NCBI GenBank assembly: GCA_963826115.1 | Contig: CAWGVS010000006.1 | Coordinates: forward strand, 224,001-288,000 | Reading direction: 5' to 3' | DNA length: 64,000 nt | Source: an uncultured Candidatus Rokubacteria bacterium | GTDB lineage: Bacteria > Methylomirabilota > Methylomirabilia > Rokubacteriales > DASRDR01 | Shown here: positions 10,868 to 20,451 of the stretch, piece after piece | Layout: every line of letters begins with the position of its first letter | How positions within the stretch are numbered: position 1 is the stretch's first letter | Program-made: the position numbers and the translations under genes | Notes under the pieces: model-generated | Databases searched by the model: none | Told to the model about the DNA's origin: nothing | Seen by the model: the letters and a program-made list of their open reading frames with translations, nothing else

Positions 10868-11728
10868 TTACTTCAGCGCACCAGCCGTGAGGCCGTGAAT
10901 GAAGTGGTCCAGGCTGAACGCGTAGACGATCGCCACCGGGATCGCGCCGATCAGCGCCCCCGACATGAGGGAGCCCCAGTAGAAGACGTCGCCGCGAATG
11001 AGGTCGGTGGTGACCCCGTAGGCGATCGTCTTGTTCGCGGAGGCCGAGATGAAGGTCAGCGCGTAGATGTACTCCTGGTACGTCAGCGTGAATGCGAAGA
11101 TCCCGGCCGTGATGATGCCGGGCACGATGACCGGAATGATGATCATCCGGAAGGCCTGGAAGCGCGTGCAGCCGTCGATCTGGGCGCTCTCCTCGATCTC
11201 GCGAGGCACGGTGCGGACGAAGCCCATGAGGAGCCAGGTGCAGAAGGGCACCGTGAAGGACGGGTAGACCGCGACGAGGGCCCAGATGGAGTCGGTGAAC
11301 CCGAGCCCGCGCACCAGCTGCGAGAGGGGCAGGAACAGGAGCGCGGGGGGGATGAGGTACGAGAGGAACATGCCGACCGACAGCGACTGGCTCCCCGGGA
11401 ACCGCATGCGCGCCAGCGCGTACGCCGCTGGCAGCCCGAGGAGCAGCGTGATGGCGACGACGCAGACGCCGATGAAGATGCTGTTCTTGAGCCAGGTCAG
11501 GAACAGCGTGTGCTGCAGGAGGAGGTCCAGGTGCGCGAGGGTCGGCGGCTCCTTGAACCAGAAGGGCGCCGTCGTGAGGTTGTAGAGGTCGTTGTCGCGC
11601 TTGAAGGCGGTGATGACCATCCAGTAGAAGGGGAACAGCACCACGAAGAGGTACGGCGACAGGGGCAGGTACGGGCCGTAGTCGCGGACCAGGCGCCGCC
11701 AGACCCGCCGGGAGCGTTCCGTCGACAT
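10868..11728 (-). CDS. Carbohydrate ABC permease (MalG-type)
   Basis: FPFYWM, EIEESAQIDG EAA loop, GLTAGALK C-terminus. Confidence 0.92.
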   Translation of the reverse strand: MSTERSRRVWRRLVRDYGPYLPLSPYLFVVLFPFYWMVITAFKRDNDLYNLTTAPFWFKEPPTLAHLDLLLQHTLFLTWLKNSIFIGVCVVAITLLLGLPAAYALARMRFPGSQSLSVGMFLSYLIPPALLFLPLSQLVRGLGFTDSIWALVAVYPSFTVPFCTWLLMGFVRTVPREIEESAQIDGCTRFQAFRMIIIPVIVPGIITAGIFAFTLTYQEYIYALTFISASANKTIAYGVTTDLIRGDVFYWGSLMSGALIGAIPVAIVYAFSLDHFIHGLTAGALK

Positions 11729-11732
11729 CGCG

Positions 11733-12671
11733 CTACTCCCTCCGCAAGAACCGGAGCATCACGATGACGATGATCGCGAGCAGGGGGAAGATGAACAGCG
11801 TGATCGCCGCCCCCATGCCGATGTCGCCGGCGTTGATGCCGATGTTGTACGCGTACGTGCCGAACACGTGCGTGGTGTTGTACGGCCCGCCCTGCGTGAG
11901 CAGCCAGACCGCCGAGAAGTCCGTGAACGAGAACACGATCGAATACAGGAGGCCGACGAAGAGGATCGGCCGGATGATCGGCACGACCACGTAGTGGAAG
12001 CGGCGGAGCGGCCCCGCCCCGTCGATCTTGGCGGCCTCGATGACCTCCTGGGGGACCGCGGTGAGCCCGGCCAGCAGGATCACCGCCGAGAACGGGAAGC
12101 CGCGCCACACGTTCAGGACGATCACCGCGCACATGGCCAGTCCGGGCTCGCCCAGCCACTGCCACGGGTAGTCGATGAGCCCGGCGTGCATGAGCATCCA
12201 GTTGATGACGCTGTAGAGCGAGTCGAACATCCACTTCCACGCGAGAGCCGACAGCGCGATGGGAATGACGAAGGGGATGAGGATGAGTCCCTGGACGAAT
12301 CGCTTTCCCTTGAACGAGCGGTTCAGGGCGAACGCGAGCGGGAGGCCGATGACGAGACGGATCAGCTCGGAGCCGATGGTGAAGACGAACGAGTTCCGGA
12401 CGGTCTGCCAGAAGGTCGGATCCTGGAACAGCCGCTGGTAGTTGAGGAGGCCGACGAAGTGGTGCTCGGGGCTCCCGACGCGGGCGCTCGACAGAGAGAG
12501 ATAGATCGACATGACGAACGGGTAGGCGATGAAGAAGGCGAGGTAGAGGAACGCCGGCGCGATCCAGAGGAAGCCCTGCACGGACTCCCGGCCCCAGCCG
12601 GCGCGCACCCCGGTGGCGGGGGCCGGGACCGCGAGCGATGACGGGGTGGCGAGCTCCTGGCCGTTGGGCAC
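11733..12671 (-). CDS. Carbohydrate ABC permease (MalF-type)
   Basis: FVGLLNY, EVIEAAKIDGA EAA loop, LTQGGP. Confidence 0.92.
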   Translation of the reverse strand: MPNGQELATPSSLAVPAPATGVRAGWGRESVQGFLWIAPAFLYLAFFIAYPFVMSIYLSLSSARVGSPEHHFVGLLNYQRLFQDPTFWQTVRNSFVFTIGSELIRLVIGLPLAFALNRSFKGKRFVQGLILIPFVIPIALSALAWKWMFDSLYSVINWMLMHAGLIDYPWQWLGEPGLAMCAVIVLNVWRGFPFSAVILLAGLTAVPQEVIEAAKIDGAGPLRRFHYVVVPIIRPILFVGLLYSIVFSFTDFSAVWLLTQGGPYNTTHVFGTYAYNIGINAGDIGMGAAITLFIFPLLAIIVIVMLRFLRRE

Positions 12672-12689
12672 GGAGGGGAGGGGGACCCG

Positions 12690-13571
12690 TCAGCCCTTGA
12701 CGGCGCCGGTCAGGCCGGCCACGTAGTGCTCGACGAAGAACGAGTACATCAAGGCGACCGGGATCGAGCCCAACAGCGCGCCGGCCATGAGCGGCCCCCA
12801 GTAGAAGACGTCGCCTCGAATGAGCTCGGACACGACGCCCACCGGCACGGTCTTCTGCTGTGGGGACGAAAGGAAGACGAGCGCGTAGATGAACTCGTTC
12901 CACGACAGCGTGAACGCGAAGATGCCCGCCGACAGGATGCCGGGCATGGCGATCGGGAAGACGATCTGGACCATGGCCCGGATGCGGCTGGCCCCGTCGA
13001 TGCGCGCGCACTCCTCGAGCTCCTTGGGAATCGTCTTGAAGTAGCCCATGAGGAGCCACGTGCAGAACGGGATGAGGAACGTCGGGTACGTCAGGATCAG
13101 AGACCAGGGGGTGTCGCCCAGCCGGAAGTTCCGGATGATGTTGGCGAGCGGAATGAACAGGAGCGTCGGCGGGACCAGATACGTGACGAAGATGCTCGTG
13201 CCGATACCGCCCGCCAGCGGGAACCGCAGCCGCGCCAGGGCGTATCCGGCCAGCAGTCCGCAGAACACCGAGATCAGCGTCGACACGATCGCGATGAACA
13301 TCGTGTTGTAGAGCCACGTTGCGAACATCGTCTCCCGGAAGAGGTACGTCACGTGCTCCCAGGTGGGATGGGTGGTCCAGAAGGGCGTGTTGTTGACCGC
13401 GCGCCACGGCCGGTACAGCTCGCCGTCGGGCCGGAAGGCGGTGATCAGCATCCAGTAGAAGGGGAACAGCGTCCCGACCACGAACACGGTCAGGGGGATG
13501 TAGAAGTAGACCCACTTCTTCCACCGAACCCCCTCGACCATCCCCGCGCCGGAGCCGCCGCGGCCAGCCAT
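12690..13571 (-). CDS. Carbohydrate ABC permease (MalG-type)
   Basis: C-terminal part of ORF 12690..14417; ATG 13571 overlaps upstream stop; ELEECARIDGA, GLTGAVKG. Confidence 0.9.
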   Translation of the reverse strand: MAGRGGSGAGMVEGVRWKKWVYFYIPLTVFVVGTLFPFYWMLITAFRPDGELYRPWRAVNNTPFWTTHPTWEHVTYLFRETMFATWLYNTMFIAIVSTLISVFCGLLAGYALARLRFPLAGGIGTSIFVTYLVPPTLLFIPLANIIRNFRLGDTPWSLILTYPTFLIPFCTWLLMGYFKTIPKELEECARIDGASRIRAMVQIVFPIAMPGILSAGIFAFTLSWNEFIYALVFLSSPQQKTVPVGVVSELIRGDVFYWGPLMAGALLGSIPVALMYSFFVEHYVAGLTGAVKG

Positions 13572-14557
13572 CACGCGCCCTCCACCCGGCGGATGTACCA
13601 GAGCTGGATGACCACGATGATGAAGAGCAGCGGGAAGATGGCCAGGGACGCGGCGGCGCCCTCGCCGAGGAGCCCCGTGTTGATGCCGATCTGGTACGCG
13701 TAGGTGGCGAAGAGGTGGGTCGCGTTGGCGGGCCCGCCATTGGTGAGCACGTAGACCAGCTGGAAGTCGGCGAACGTCTGGATGACGGAGAAGAGCGTCA
13801 CCACCATCGTCACCGGGAGGAGGAGCGGCCAGGTGATCCGCCAGAAGCGCTGCCAGGCGTTGGCGCCGTCCATGGCCGCCGCTTCGTGGAGCTCCGGGCT
13901 CACCGTCTGAAGCCCGGCCAGAAGCGTGATCGCGTAGAAGGGCATGCCCCGCCAGACGTTCACGATGATGATCGACCCCAGGGCCAGCGTCGGGTCGGTC
14001 AGCCAGCCGATCCGCGTCTGGATGATTCCGGCGTGATAGAGCGTCCAGTTCAGGACGCTGAAGGTCGGGTCGAACATCCACTTCCAGGCGAAGGCCGACA
14101 GCACGGTCGGCACGATGAAGGGGAGCAGCATCGAGGCGCGGACCAGGCGCTTCCCCTTGAAATGGCGATTCAGCAGCAGGGCTAGCCACATTCCGAGCAC
14201 GAGCTTGCCGACAGTGGCGAGCCCCGTGTACACGAACGTGTTGTAGGCGGCTTGCTGGAAGATCGAGTCGTTCCAGATCTTGACAAAGTTCTTGAAGCCC
14301 ACGAAGACGCCGGGAACCCCGACGGTCGCGCTGGTGAGGGAGATCCAGACGCCCTTGACGAAAGGATAGGCGATGAAGAGCGCGAGCAGGAGGATCGTGG
14401 GCGCGAGGAGTATCCACCCGAGGACTCGCTCGTCCTCGAGGAATCGTCCCCTCGCCCCCGCGCGCCGGGCGACCGGGACGATGGCGGGCACGGCGGTAGC
14501 CTGCCCAACCTCGCCCCGGCCGCCGGCGATCGGTCGGATGCGGCGGCCCTTGCTCAT
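13571..14557 (-). CDS. Carbohydrate ABC permease (MalF-type)
   Basis: FVGFKNF, ELHEAAAMDGA, LTNGGP. Confidence 0.92.
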   Translation of the reverse strand: MSKGRRIRPIAGGRGEVGQATAVPAIVPVARRAGARGRFLEDERVLGWILLAPTILLLALFIAYPFVKGVWISLTSATVGVPGVFVGFKNFVKIWNDSIFQQAAYNTFVYTGLATVGKLVLGMWLALLLNRHFKGKRLVRASMLLPFIVPTVLSAFAWKWMFDPTFSVLNWTLYHAGIIQTRIGWLTDPTLALGSIIIVNVWRGMPFYAITLLAGLQTVSPELHEAAAMDGANAWQRFWRITWPLLLPVTMVVTLFSVIQTFADFQLVYVLTNGGPANATHLFATYAYQIGINTGLLGEGAAASLAIFPLLFIIVVIQLWYIRRVEGA

Positions 14558-14582
14558 GACCGGGCCGCCTCCGAGTTCATCT

Positions 14583-15893
14583 CTATGCGCCGTAGACCTT
14601 CTTCAGCTCGGCCTCGGCCCACTTCACCGATTCCTCGGCCGGCATACCCTGGATGGCCTTCGCGTACATGTCCACGATGATGTACTTCGAGTACGCTTCC
14701 GAAGCCTTGGCATTGGCCGGCCCGGCCCAGCCGAAGAGCCGGAGCTTGCTGGCGGCGTCCTTGTAGGGCAGCATCACGGGGTCCTGCTGCCACATGGGGT
14801 GGGACTCCCACACCTTGGTCAGGCCCTGCGCGAAGCCCTTCTGGGCGGTGAACCAGTACTCCATCTGCGGCTTGGCGTACCACCACTTCAGGAAGTCCTT
14901 GGCGAGCTTCTGGTTCTTCGAGTAGCTCATGATGCCGTGGTTGAACGCGGTGTGGATCGCGTAGGCGCCCGCGGGCCCGGGTGGGTGCGCGGCGTGCAGG
15001 ATGTCGGTGTGCATCAGCGCGCCCTTGTCGGTCTTGTACTTCTCCTTGTTCCGGAGCGACTCGATGTAGATCGACGCGCCGTTGACGGTGGCGGAGATGG
15101 TGCCGGAGAGGAAGGCCCGGTTGTTGTTCGAGTCGTCCCAGGCCAGACCGCCCTCGTCGCAGGCGTCCTTCCAGAAGCCCGTGAAGAACTTCACGGACTC
15201 GACGGTTTCCTTCGAATTGATGCCGACCTTCCCGTCGGTCCCGACTTCCTTCCCGCCCCACGCCCACATGGCGGGATACCAGAAGGTGGGGGCGTCGCCG
15301 AACGTGTGGCCAGCCGTCTGGCCGATCGGATAGCCCTTGGCCTTGAGCTTCTTGCCGACGTCGCGGTAGGCGTCCCAGGTCTTCGGGAACTCGTTGGCGC
15401 CGACCTCGGCGAAGAGCGACTTCCGGTAGGCGACCATGCCGCCGACCACGACGTGAGGCGCGGCGCGCCAGACCCCGTTGACCTTCGCCAGGCCCTCGGC
15501 AGCCGGATAGTAGCCGCCCTGCTCCTTCCCGATCAGGTCCACGATGTCACCGACGTCGATCAGGCTCTTTTCGTAGAGATGCGCGAGGTTGTGCTGGAGG
15601 AGGAAGATGTCGGCGCCGCTACCCGACGAGATCGCAGCCGTGATGCGCGGCTGGATGTCGTTCGCGTTGATCGTCTCGACCGTGATCTCCGCGCCCAGCG
15701 CCTTCCCCGCGTCCACCGCCTGCTTCTTGAGCGCCTCATCGGCCGCGGGGACGAAGTCGACCCAGCGGACCATGTGGAGCTTCTGGCCCTGTGCGTACGC
15801 CGGGGCCCGACCCGACGCGAGAATGCCCGCCAACCCGGCGGTAGCGGCACCCGAGGCCTTCAGGAACGACCGGCGATCCAATGTATCCGCCAT
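14583..15893 (-). CDS. Sugar ABC transporter substrate-binding protein (Tat-exported)
   Basis: DRRSFLK twin-arginine signal; YRKSLF, PKTWD, WDDSNNN; AAGGAGG RBS. Confidence 0.9.
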   Translation of the reverse strand: MADTLDRRSFLKASGAATAGLAGILASGRAPAYAQGQKLHMVRWVDFVPAADEALKKQAVDAGKALGAEITVETINANDIQPRITAAISSGSGADIFLLQHNLAHLYEKSLIDVGDIVDLIGKEQGGYYPAAEGLAKVNGVWRAAPHVVVGGMVAYRKSLFAEVGANEFPKTWDAYRDVGKKLKAKGYPIGQTAGHTFGDAPTFWYPAMWAWGGKEVGTDGKVGINSKETVESVKFFTGFWKDACDEGGLAWDDSNNNRAFLSGTISATVNGASIYIESLRNKEKYKTDKGALMHTDILHAAHPPGPAGAYAIHTAFNHGIMSYSKNQKLAKDFLKWWYAKPQMEYWFTAQKGFAQGLTKVWESHPMWQQDPVMLPYKDAASKLRLFGWAGPANAKASEAYSKYIIVDMYAKAIQGMPAEESVKWAEAELKKVYGA

Positions 15894-16211
15894 CAGCGCC
15901 TCCTTGCGCGCGAGCGCGGGAGTCCGACCCGCACCCGTCAGCTGTGAAGCTTCTCGACCTCTCCGTCGGTTATCGAACCACTCGCCGCCGTAGACGCCAT
16001 CGCCGATCCCATGTCTCGGCGGGCAGCCCCGTCCGGCGCCGCACTACCACGGACGTCCGCGTCTCGTCGCTCGGTGGGACACATGGTCGCAGTCTCAAAC
16101 ACGCCGGGATCGGCACCCGCCAGGCGGGTTCCCGCGAACCGTGAGGGGCGACTGCCCTGAGGCTTGTTCACAGGGGGTTCGAGGTAGTTCTGCCGATCAC
16201 AGGGTGGCGAG

Positions 16212-16242
16212 ACTGTACCACACCCCTGCCGGAGGGTGTCAA
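16212..16242 (-). promoter_or_regulatory. Putative sigma70-type promoter for the ABC operon
   Basis: Minus strand TTGACA (16242-16237), 19 nt, TACAGT (16217-16212) with extended TG. Confidence 0.55.
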
Positions 16243-16332
16243 CGGCTGGGCCCTCGGACCGATCTGGCCGGCCCCCCGGCTGGCGTCCAGCGAGGCAAAC
16301 CCACGGCCCCGGCGTCCGGCGAGTTCGGGCGG

Positions 16333-17589
16333 TCAGGCCTCCACGCCCAGCGCGCCGACCCTGGCCGGAGCCTGGAGGGTGAGGGCCACTGCCACCGCGG
16401 CCGCGCCGACGAGCGTGCTGGCAACGTGGAGGCTCCAGTACGAGCCGAGCCGGTCGAACAGCACGCCGCCGCCGTAGGCGCCAAGGCCCATGCCGATGCA
16501 CGAGATGAAGAAGATCCCGCCGAAGACCGTGCCGACCACGCGCTCGCCGAAGAACTCACGGGCGACCAGGGCGTAGAGTGGCATGGCCCCGCCGTAAGCG
16601 ACGCCGAACACGAGGGCGACGGCGAAGAGGGAGACCCCGCCGGCGTACAGGAACGTGGACAGAGCCAGGGTCTGGAGGGCGAGCATGCCGACGAGCGCAG
16701 GCTTGGCGCCGAACCGGTCGGCAGCGAGGCCGCTCGACAGGCGCCCGGCGATGCTGGTCGCTCCGGAGAGGCCTAGCATCGTGGCCGCCGCCATCTTCGC
16801 CACGCCGAGATCCATGGCGTGGGCGACCATGTGGAAGATCGGGCCGGAGTGCGCCGCGCAGCAGCCGAAGTGGACGAGCGCGACGCCCCAGAAGGCCGGG
16901 TGCCGGAGGGCCGCCGCCGGCGTGAGGCCCCGGTCGACCGCCGCCGCGCGGGTCGCTCCAGGGTCGTCCGCCCCGTAGCTGCGCAGACCTCGATCCTCCG
17001 GCCGGTCGGCCAGGTACGGGAGGGCCACGGCCCCCACGAGCCAGGTCAGCGCGCCGAACGCCGCAAACGTCGCGCGCCACCCGAACGCGGTGATGAGTGC
17101 CCGGGCCGTGGGGGGCACCACGAAGATGCCGAGCCCCATCCCGCCGGAGATGATTCCCATGGCCAGGCCGCGGCGCGCGGCGAACCAGCGGGTCGCGGCC
17201 GCCGAGAGCGGGACGTAGAACGCGCTGGCGCCGAGCGCCCCGAACACCCCGAACGCCACGTAGAGCTGGCCGGCCGAGCGGATCAGGGCGGAGACGCCGA
17301 GGGCCGCGCCGAGGACCCCGGCCCCGACCGCGACGACCCGTCGGGCGCCGATCCGGTCGGAGACGACGCCCGCCACGAAGGAGCCCAGGCCGAAGATGAT
17401 CCAGTTGACCAGGGCCACGCCCGAGATCAGGGACCGGCTCCAGCCGAACTCCTCCTCGAGTGGGCGCAGGAAGACGGCGAGGGAGAAGATCGTGCCCGTC
17501 CCGACGGCGATGACGGCGACCGACGCGGCGAGGACGACCCACCCGTAGAACACGCGCGGGCGCTGGCTCGCCGGGACGGGGAAGGTCAC
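16333..17589 (-). CDS. MFS transporter (OFA/MCT-like)
   Basis: FYGWVV, GVVSDRIGARRV, GLAADRFGAK motif A copies; about 12 hydrophobic segments. Confidence 0.9.
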   Translation of the reverse strand: MTFPVPASQRPRVFYGWVVLAASVAVIAVGTGTIFSLAVFLRPLEEEFGWSRSLISGVALVNWIIFGLGSFVAGVVSDRIGARRVVAVGAGVLGAALGVSALIRSAGQLYVAFGVFGALGASAFYVPLSAAATRWFAARRGLAMGIISGGMGLGIFVVPPTARALITAFGWRATFAAFGALTWLVGAVALPYLADRPEDRGLRSYGADDPGATRAAAVDRGLTPAAALRHPAFWGVALVHFGCCAAHSGPIFHMVAHAMDLGVAKMAAATMLGLSGATSIAGRLSSGLAADRFGAKPALVGMLALQTLALSTFLYAGGVSLFAVALVFGVAYGGAMPLYALVAREFFGERVVGTVFGGIFFISCIGMGLGAYGGGVLFDRLGSYWSLHVASTLVGAAAVAVALTLQAPARVGALGVEA

Positions 17590-17741
17590 GCGCCTACACT
17601 ACATGCCGCCGGCGATGTCGGACAGGCCCATCGGCCCGGCGGCGAGCCACGCGGCTCGGCTTTGACGGTCGCGCGCCCGCGTGCCACGATCGGGCCAGGT
17701 CAGGCGCCGACCCGCGCGTCGGGCCGCGAGGGGAGCGAGTC

Positions 17742-18845
17742 ATGGTGACCGTCATTCACGAGGACCGGGAAACGGACGTCGCCGCGGCGCGCGCCGTCGG
17801 GGACGCGCTCTGGCTCTCGACCGCCGACGTCGAGCGGGCGACGGGCTGGACGCTGAAGGCCGAAGGGCTCTGCCGCGAGGACGCGTGCATCCCGGTGCCG
17901 CCCGGCCGTGCGACCGCCTTCGTCCAGGGCGACGCCGTCGACATCGCGGCGCTCTGGCGCCACGCCGGGCACCCGGTCGTGAGCGACGACACCGGCGAGG
18001 CGTGGATCCTGGGGACCGGGGCCGGCGAGCGGGCCCGCGCGCTCCAGTCGCTCGTGGCGCCGGACTTCAGCCTCCCGGACCTCGCGGGGCGGGTCCACCG
18101 GCTGTCCGAGCACCGCGGGCGGAAGGTCTTGCTCGTCACGTGGGCCTCGTGGTGAGGCTGCCGCAATGACCTGCCGGTCTGGCAGGTCCTTCACGAAGAT
18201 CTGAAGGACCACGGCTTCACGGTCGTGGCCGTGGCCATGGACGCGTCGGTCGATGCCGCGCGGTCCTGGATCGAGGCGGCGCGGCCGACCTACCCCTGTC
18301 TGATCGATCGCGACCACCGGGTGGCCGAGCTCTACCACATGGTGAACGTCCCGCAGGCGGTGTGGATCGATGAGCGCGGACGCATCGTGCGGCCGACGGA
18401 GAGCGCGGGCGCCTACGAGGGGTTCCGGTCCATGGACCGCGCGACCCGGAAGGTCCCGGACGAGGTGGCGGCAGTCACCAGCGGGGCCAAGCGGACCTAC
18501 GTCGAGGCCGTCCGCGACTGGGCGCGCCACGGTCCGTCGAGCCGTCACGCCTTCGATTCCGACCGGGCGGCCGCGCACGTCGCGCTGCCGGACGAGGCCG
18601 TGGCGCGGGCGCACGCGCACTTCCGCCTGGGGCAGCATCTCCGGCGCCGCGGTTGCGAGGCGGCGGCCGAGGCCCAGTTCGCGGCGGCGCGGCGCCTCCA
18701 CCCGGACTCGTGGAACATGTGGCGCCAGACGGCCGCGCTCGACGAGCGCGGGCTCGCCGCGGGGCCCGCGTTCTGGGCGCGCGTCGACGCGCTCGGGTCG
18801 CGGCGGTACTACGCGCCCGTGGACATGGAGGGGATGCCCGACTGA
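17742..18845 (+). CDS. Selenocysteine-containing TlpA/ResA-like redoxin (WASWUGC motif), in-frame UGA at 18153-18155
   Basis: ORFs 17742..18155 and 18225..18845 share a frame and join as APDFSLPDLAG...VLLVTWASW-U-GCRNDLPVWQ; SECIS-like hairpin 12 nt after the UGA. Confidence 0.9.
18168..18188 (+). promoter_or_regulatory. Bacterial SECIS element
   Basis: Perfect 8-bp stem GACCTGCC/GGCAGGTC with GGTCT loop (fdhF-like GGUCU) 12 nt downstream of the in-frame TGA. Confidence 0.85.
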
Positions 18846-18897
18846 CGGTGGGTCGTCATCCGGCGCGGCCGCCGGTCTGCGCGCCTGGGGCCCGTGA

Positions 18898-20415
18898 TCA
18901 CGGCCAGAGGTTGGCCTTCGCCGTGAGGTGTCCGACCAGCGGCTCGATCGACAAGGGCGCGCCGGTGGCCCGCTCGACCACCTCCCTCGTGGAGAAGAGG
19001 CTGCCCAGCCGGTGGACCCGGTCGCGCAGGAACGCGCGGAGCGGCTCCGCGTCGCCGGCGGCCAGCGCGTCGTCGAGCCCCGGGGCCTCGGCGTGGAGCC
19101 GCTGCATGAGCTGCGCGGCGATGGCGTTGCCGATCGTGTAGGTCGGGAAGAACCCGATCATGCCCTCGGCCCAGTGCCCGTCCTGGAGGCACCCGGCCCG
19201 ATCGTTGCCGGGGGTGACGCCCAGCACACGGCGGTAGGCGTCGGCCCACGCGCCCGGCAGCTCCGCGGCGACCAGGTCGCCCTCCACGAGCGCGCGCTCG
19301 AGCTCCACGCGGACGCCGATGTGCAGGTCGTAGCTCAGCTCGTCGGCGCTGATCCGGACGGGAGCCCGCCGCGGATGGTTGACCGCCCGCCACACGTCGT
19401 CGGCGCCCACGTCCCCGAACGCCGCGCCGAGGCGCGGCGCCAGGCGCGGCCAGAGATATCGCCAGAACCCCCGCGCCCGGCCGAGGTGGTTCTCCACGAG
19501 CCGCGCCTGGGACTCGTGGAGGCCGAGCGACGGCGCTTCCCCGACCGGCGTCCCGAAGTGCTCGGCCGGCAGGTACTGCTCGTAGAGCCCGTGGCCCAGC
19601 TCGTGGAGCGTGGCGAACAGGCCCGAGGTGAAGGCGTCGGCCCGGAAGCGGGTGATGAGGCGCACGTCCCCCGGCCCGACGCGGATCGTCGACGGGTGCA
19701 TCGCCTCGTCGAGCCGCCCGCAGGCGAAGTCGAAGCCAAGCCACGTGGCGAGCTCGCGCGCCACCTCGGCCTGGAGGCGCACGTCCATCGGCCGCGCGAG
19801 CAGCGCGGGCAGAGGCCCGCTCCGGTCGACCGCCCGGTCGAGGAGCGGGGTGACCGCCGCGCGGAGGCCGGCCAGCATCGGCCCGAGCGCCGCCCAGGTG
19901 AGACCGGGCTCCCACTCGTCCAGCAGCACGTCGTAGCGGCGGCGGCCGCGCGCCAGGCAGTCGGCCTCGGCCTGCTTGAGGGCCACGACGCGGCCGAGCC
20001 AGGGCAGGTAGGCGCGCGCGTCGCGGCGCTCGCGGGCGGAGCGCCACGCCTCGTAGGAGAGGGTCGTGACGCGCGCGAGGTCCTCGACCAGGGACGCGGG
20101 GACCAGGCAGGCCTTCTCGTACTCGTCCCGCAGCTCGCGGAGGTTGACGGCCTCGGGGTGGCCCGGCGCCAGGCGGGGCGAGAGCCGTGCCTCGGCCTCC
20201 GCGAGGAGGTCGCCCAGCCGGGGATCGGTGGCCTGGACGTGCATCAGCCGGGCGAGGAGGGCCTGCTGCTCGGCGCGATGCTCGCCGCCGCCCTCGGGCA
20301 TCGCCACGTCCTCGTCCCACTCGAGGAGGGTCGCGCACGAGCCGAGGAGAGTGTGCTCGCGGGCACGGTGCAGCAGTTCGAGGTACGCCGCGTCGCCGGT
20401 CATCCGGTCCGTCAT
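18898..20415 (-). CDS. M32 family metallocarboxypeptidase (carboxypeptidase Taq-like)
   Basis: LLEWD..MPEGG, LLDEWEPG, GRLD...HP, HELGHGLYEQ, HESQ, RISADE, GCLQDGHW, FPTYTIG; start ATG 20415 or 20403. Confidence 0.92.
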   Translation of the reverse strand: MTDRMTGDAAYLELLHRAREHTLLGSCATLLEWDEDVAMPEGGGEHRAEQQALLARLMHVQATDPRLGDLLAEAEARLSPRLAPGHPEAVNLRELRDEYEKACLVPASLVEDLARVTTLSYEAWRSARERRDARAYLPWLGRVVALKQAEADCLARGRRRYDVLLDEWEPGLTWAALGPMLAGLRAAVTPLLDRAVDRSGPLPALLARPMDVRLQAEVARELATWLGFDFACGRLDEAMHPSTIRVGPGDVRLITRFRADAFTSGLFATLHELGHGLYEQYLPAEHFGTPVGEAPSLGLHESQARLVENHLGRARGFWRYLWPRLAPRLGAAFGDVGADDVWRAVNHPRRAPVRISADELSYDLHIGVRVELERALVEGDLVAAELPGAWADAYRRVLGVTPGNDRAGCLQDGHWAEGMIGFFPTYTIGNAIAAQLMQRLHAEAPGLDDALAAGDAEPLRAFLRDRVHRLGSLFSTREVVERATGAPLSIEPLVGHLTAKANLWP

Positions 20416-20451
20416 GGTACCAAAGCGCCGGGACGGTGCTAGGCTCGTGCC

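Noticed and set aside
15960-16000. GGTTCGATA T-loop-like motif on the minus strand
   Set aside because: No cloverleaf, acceptor stem or CCA could be built.
18153-18155. Nonsense mutation / pseudogene reading of the redoxin
   Set aside because: The stop sits at the catalytic position with a SECIS hairpin at the expected distance.
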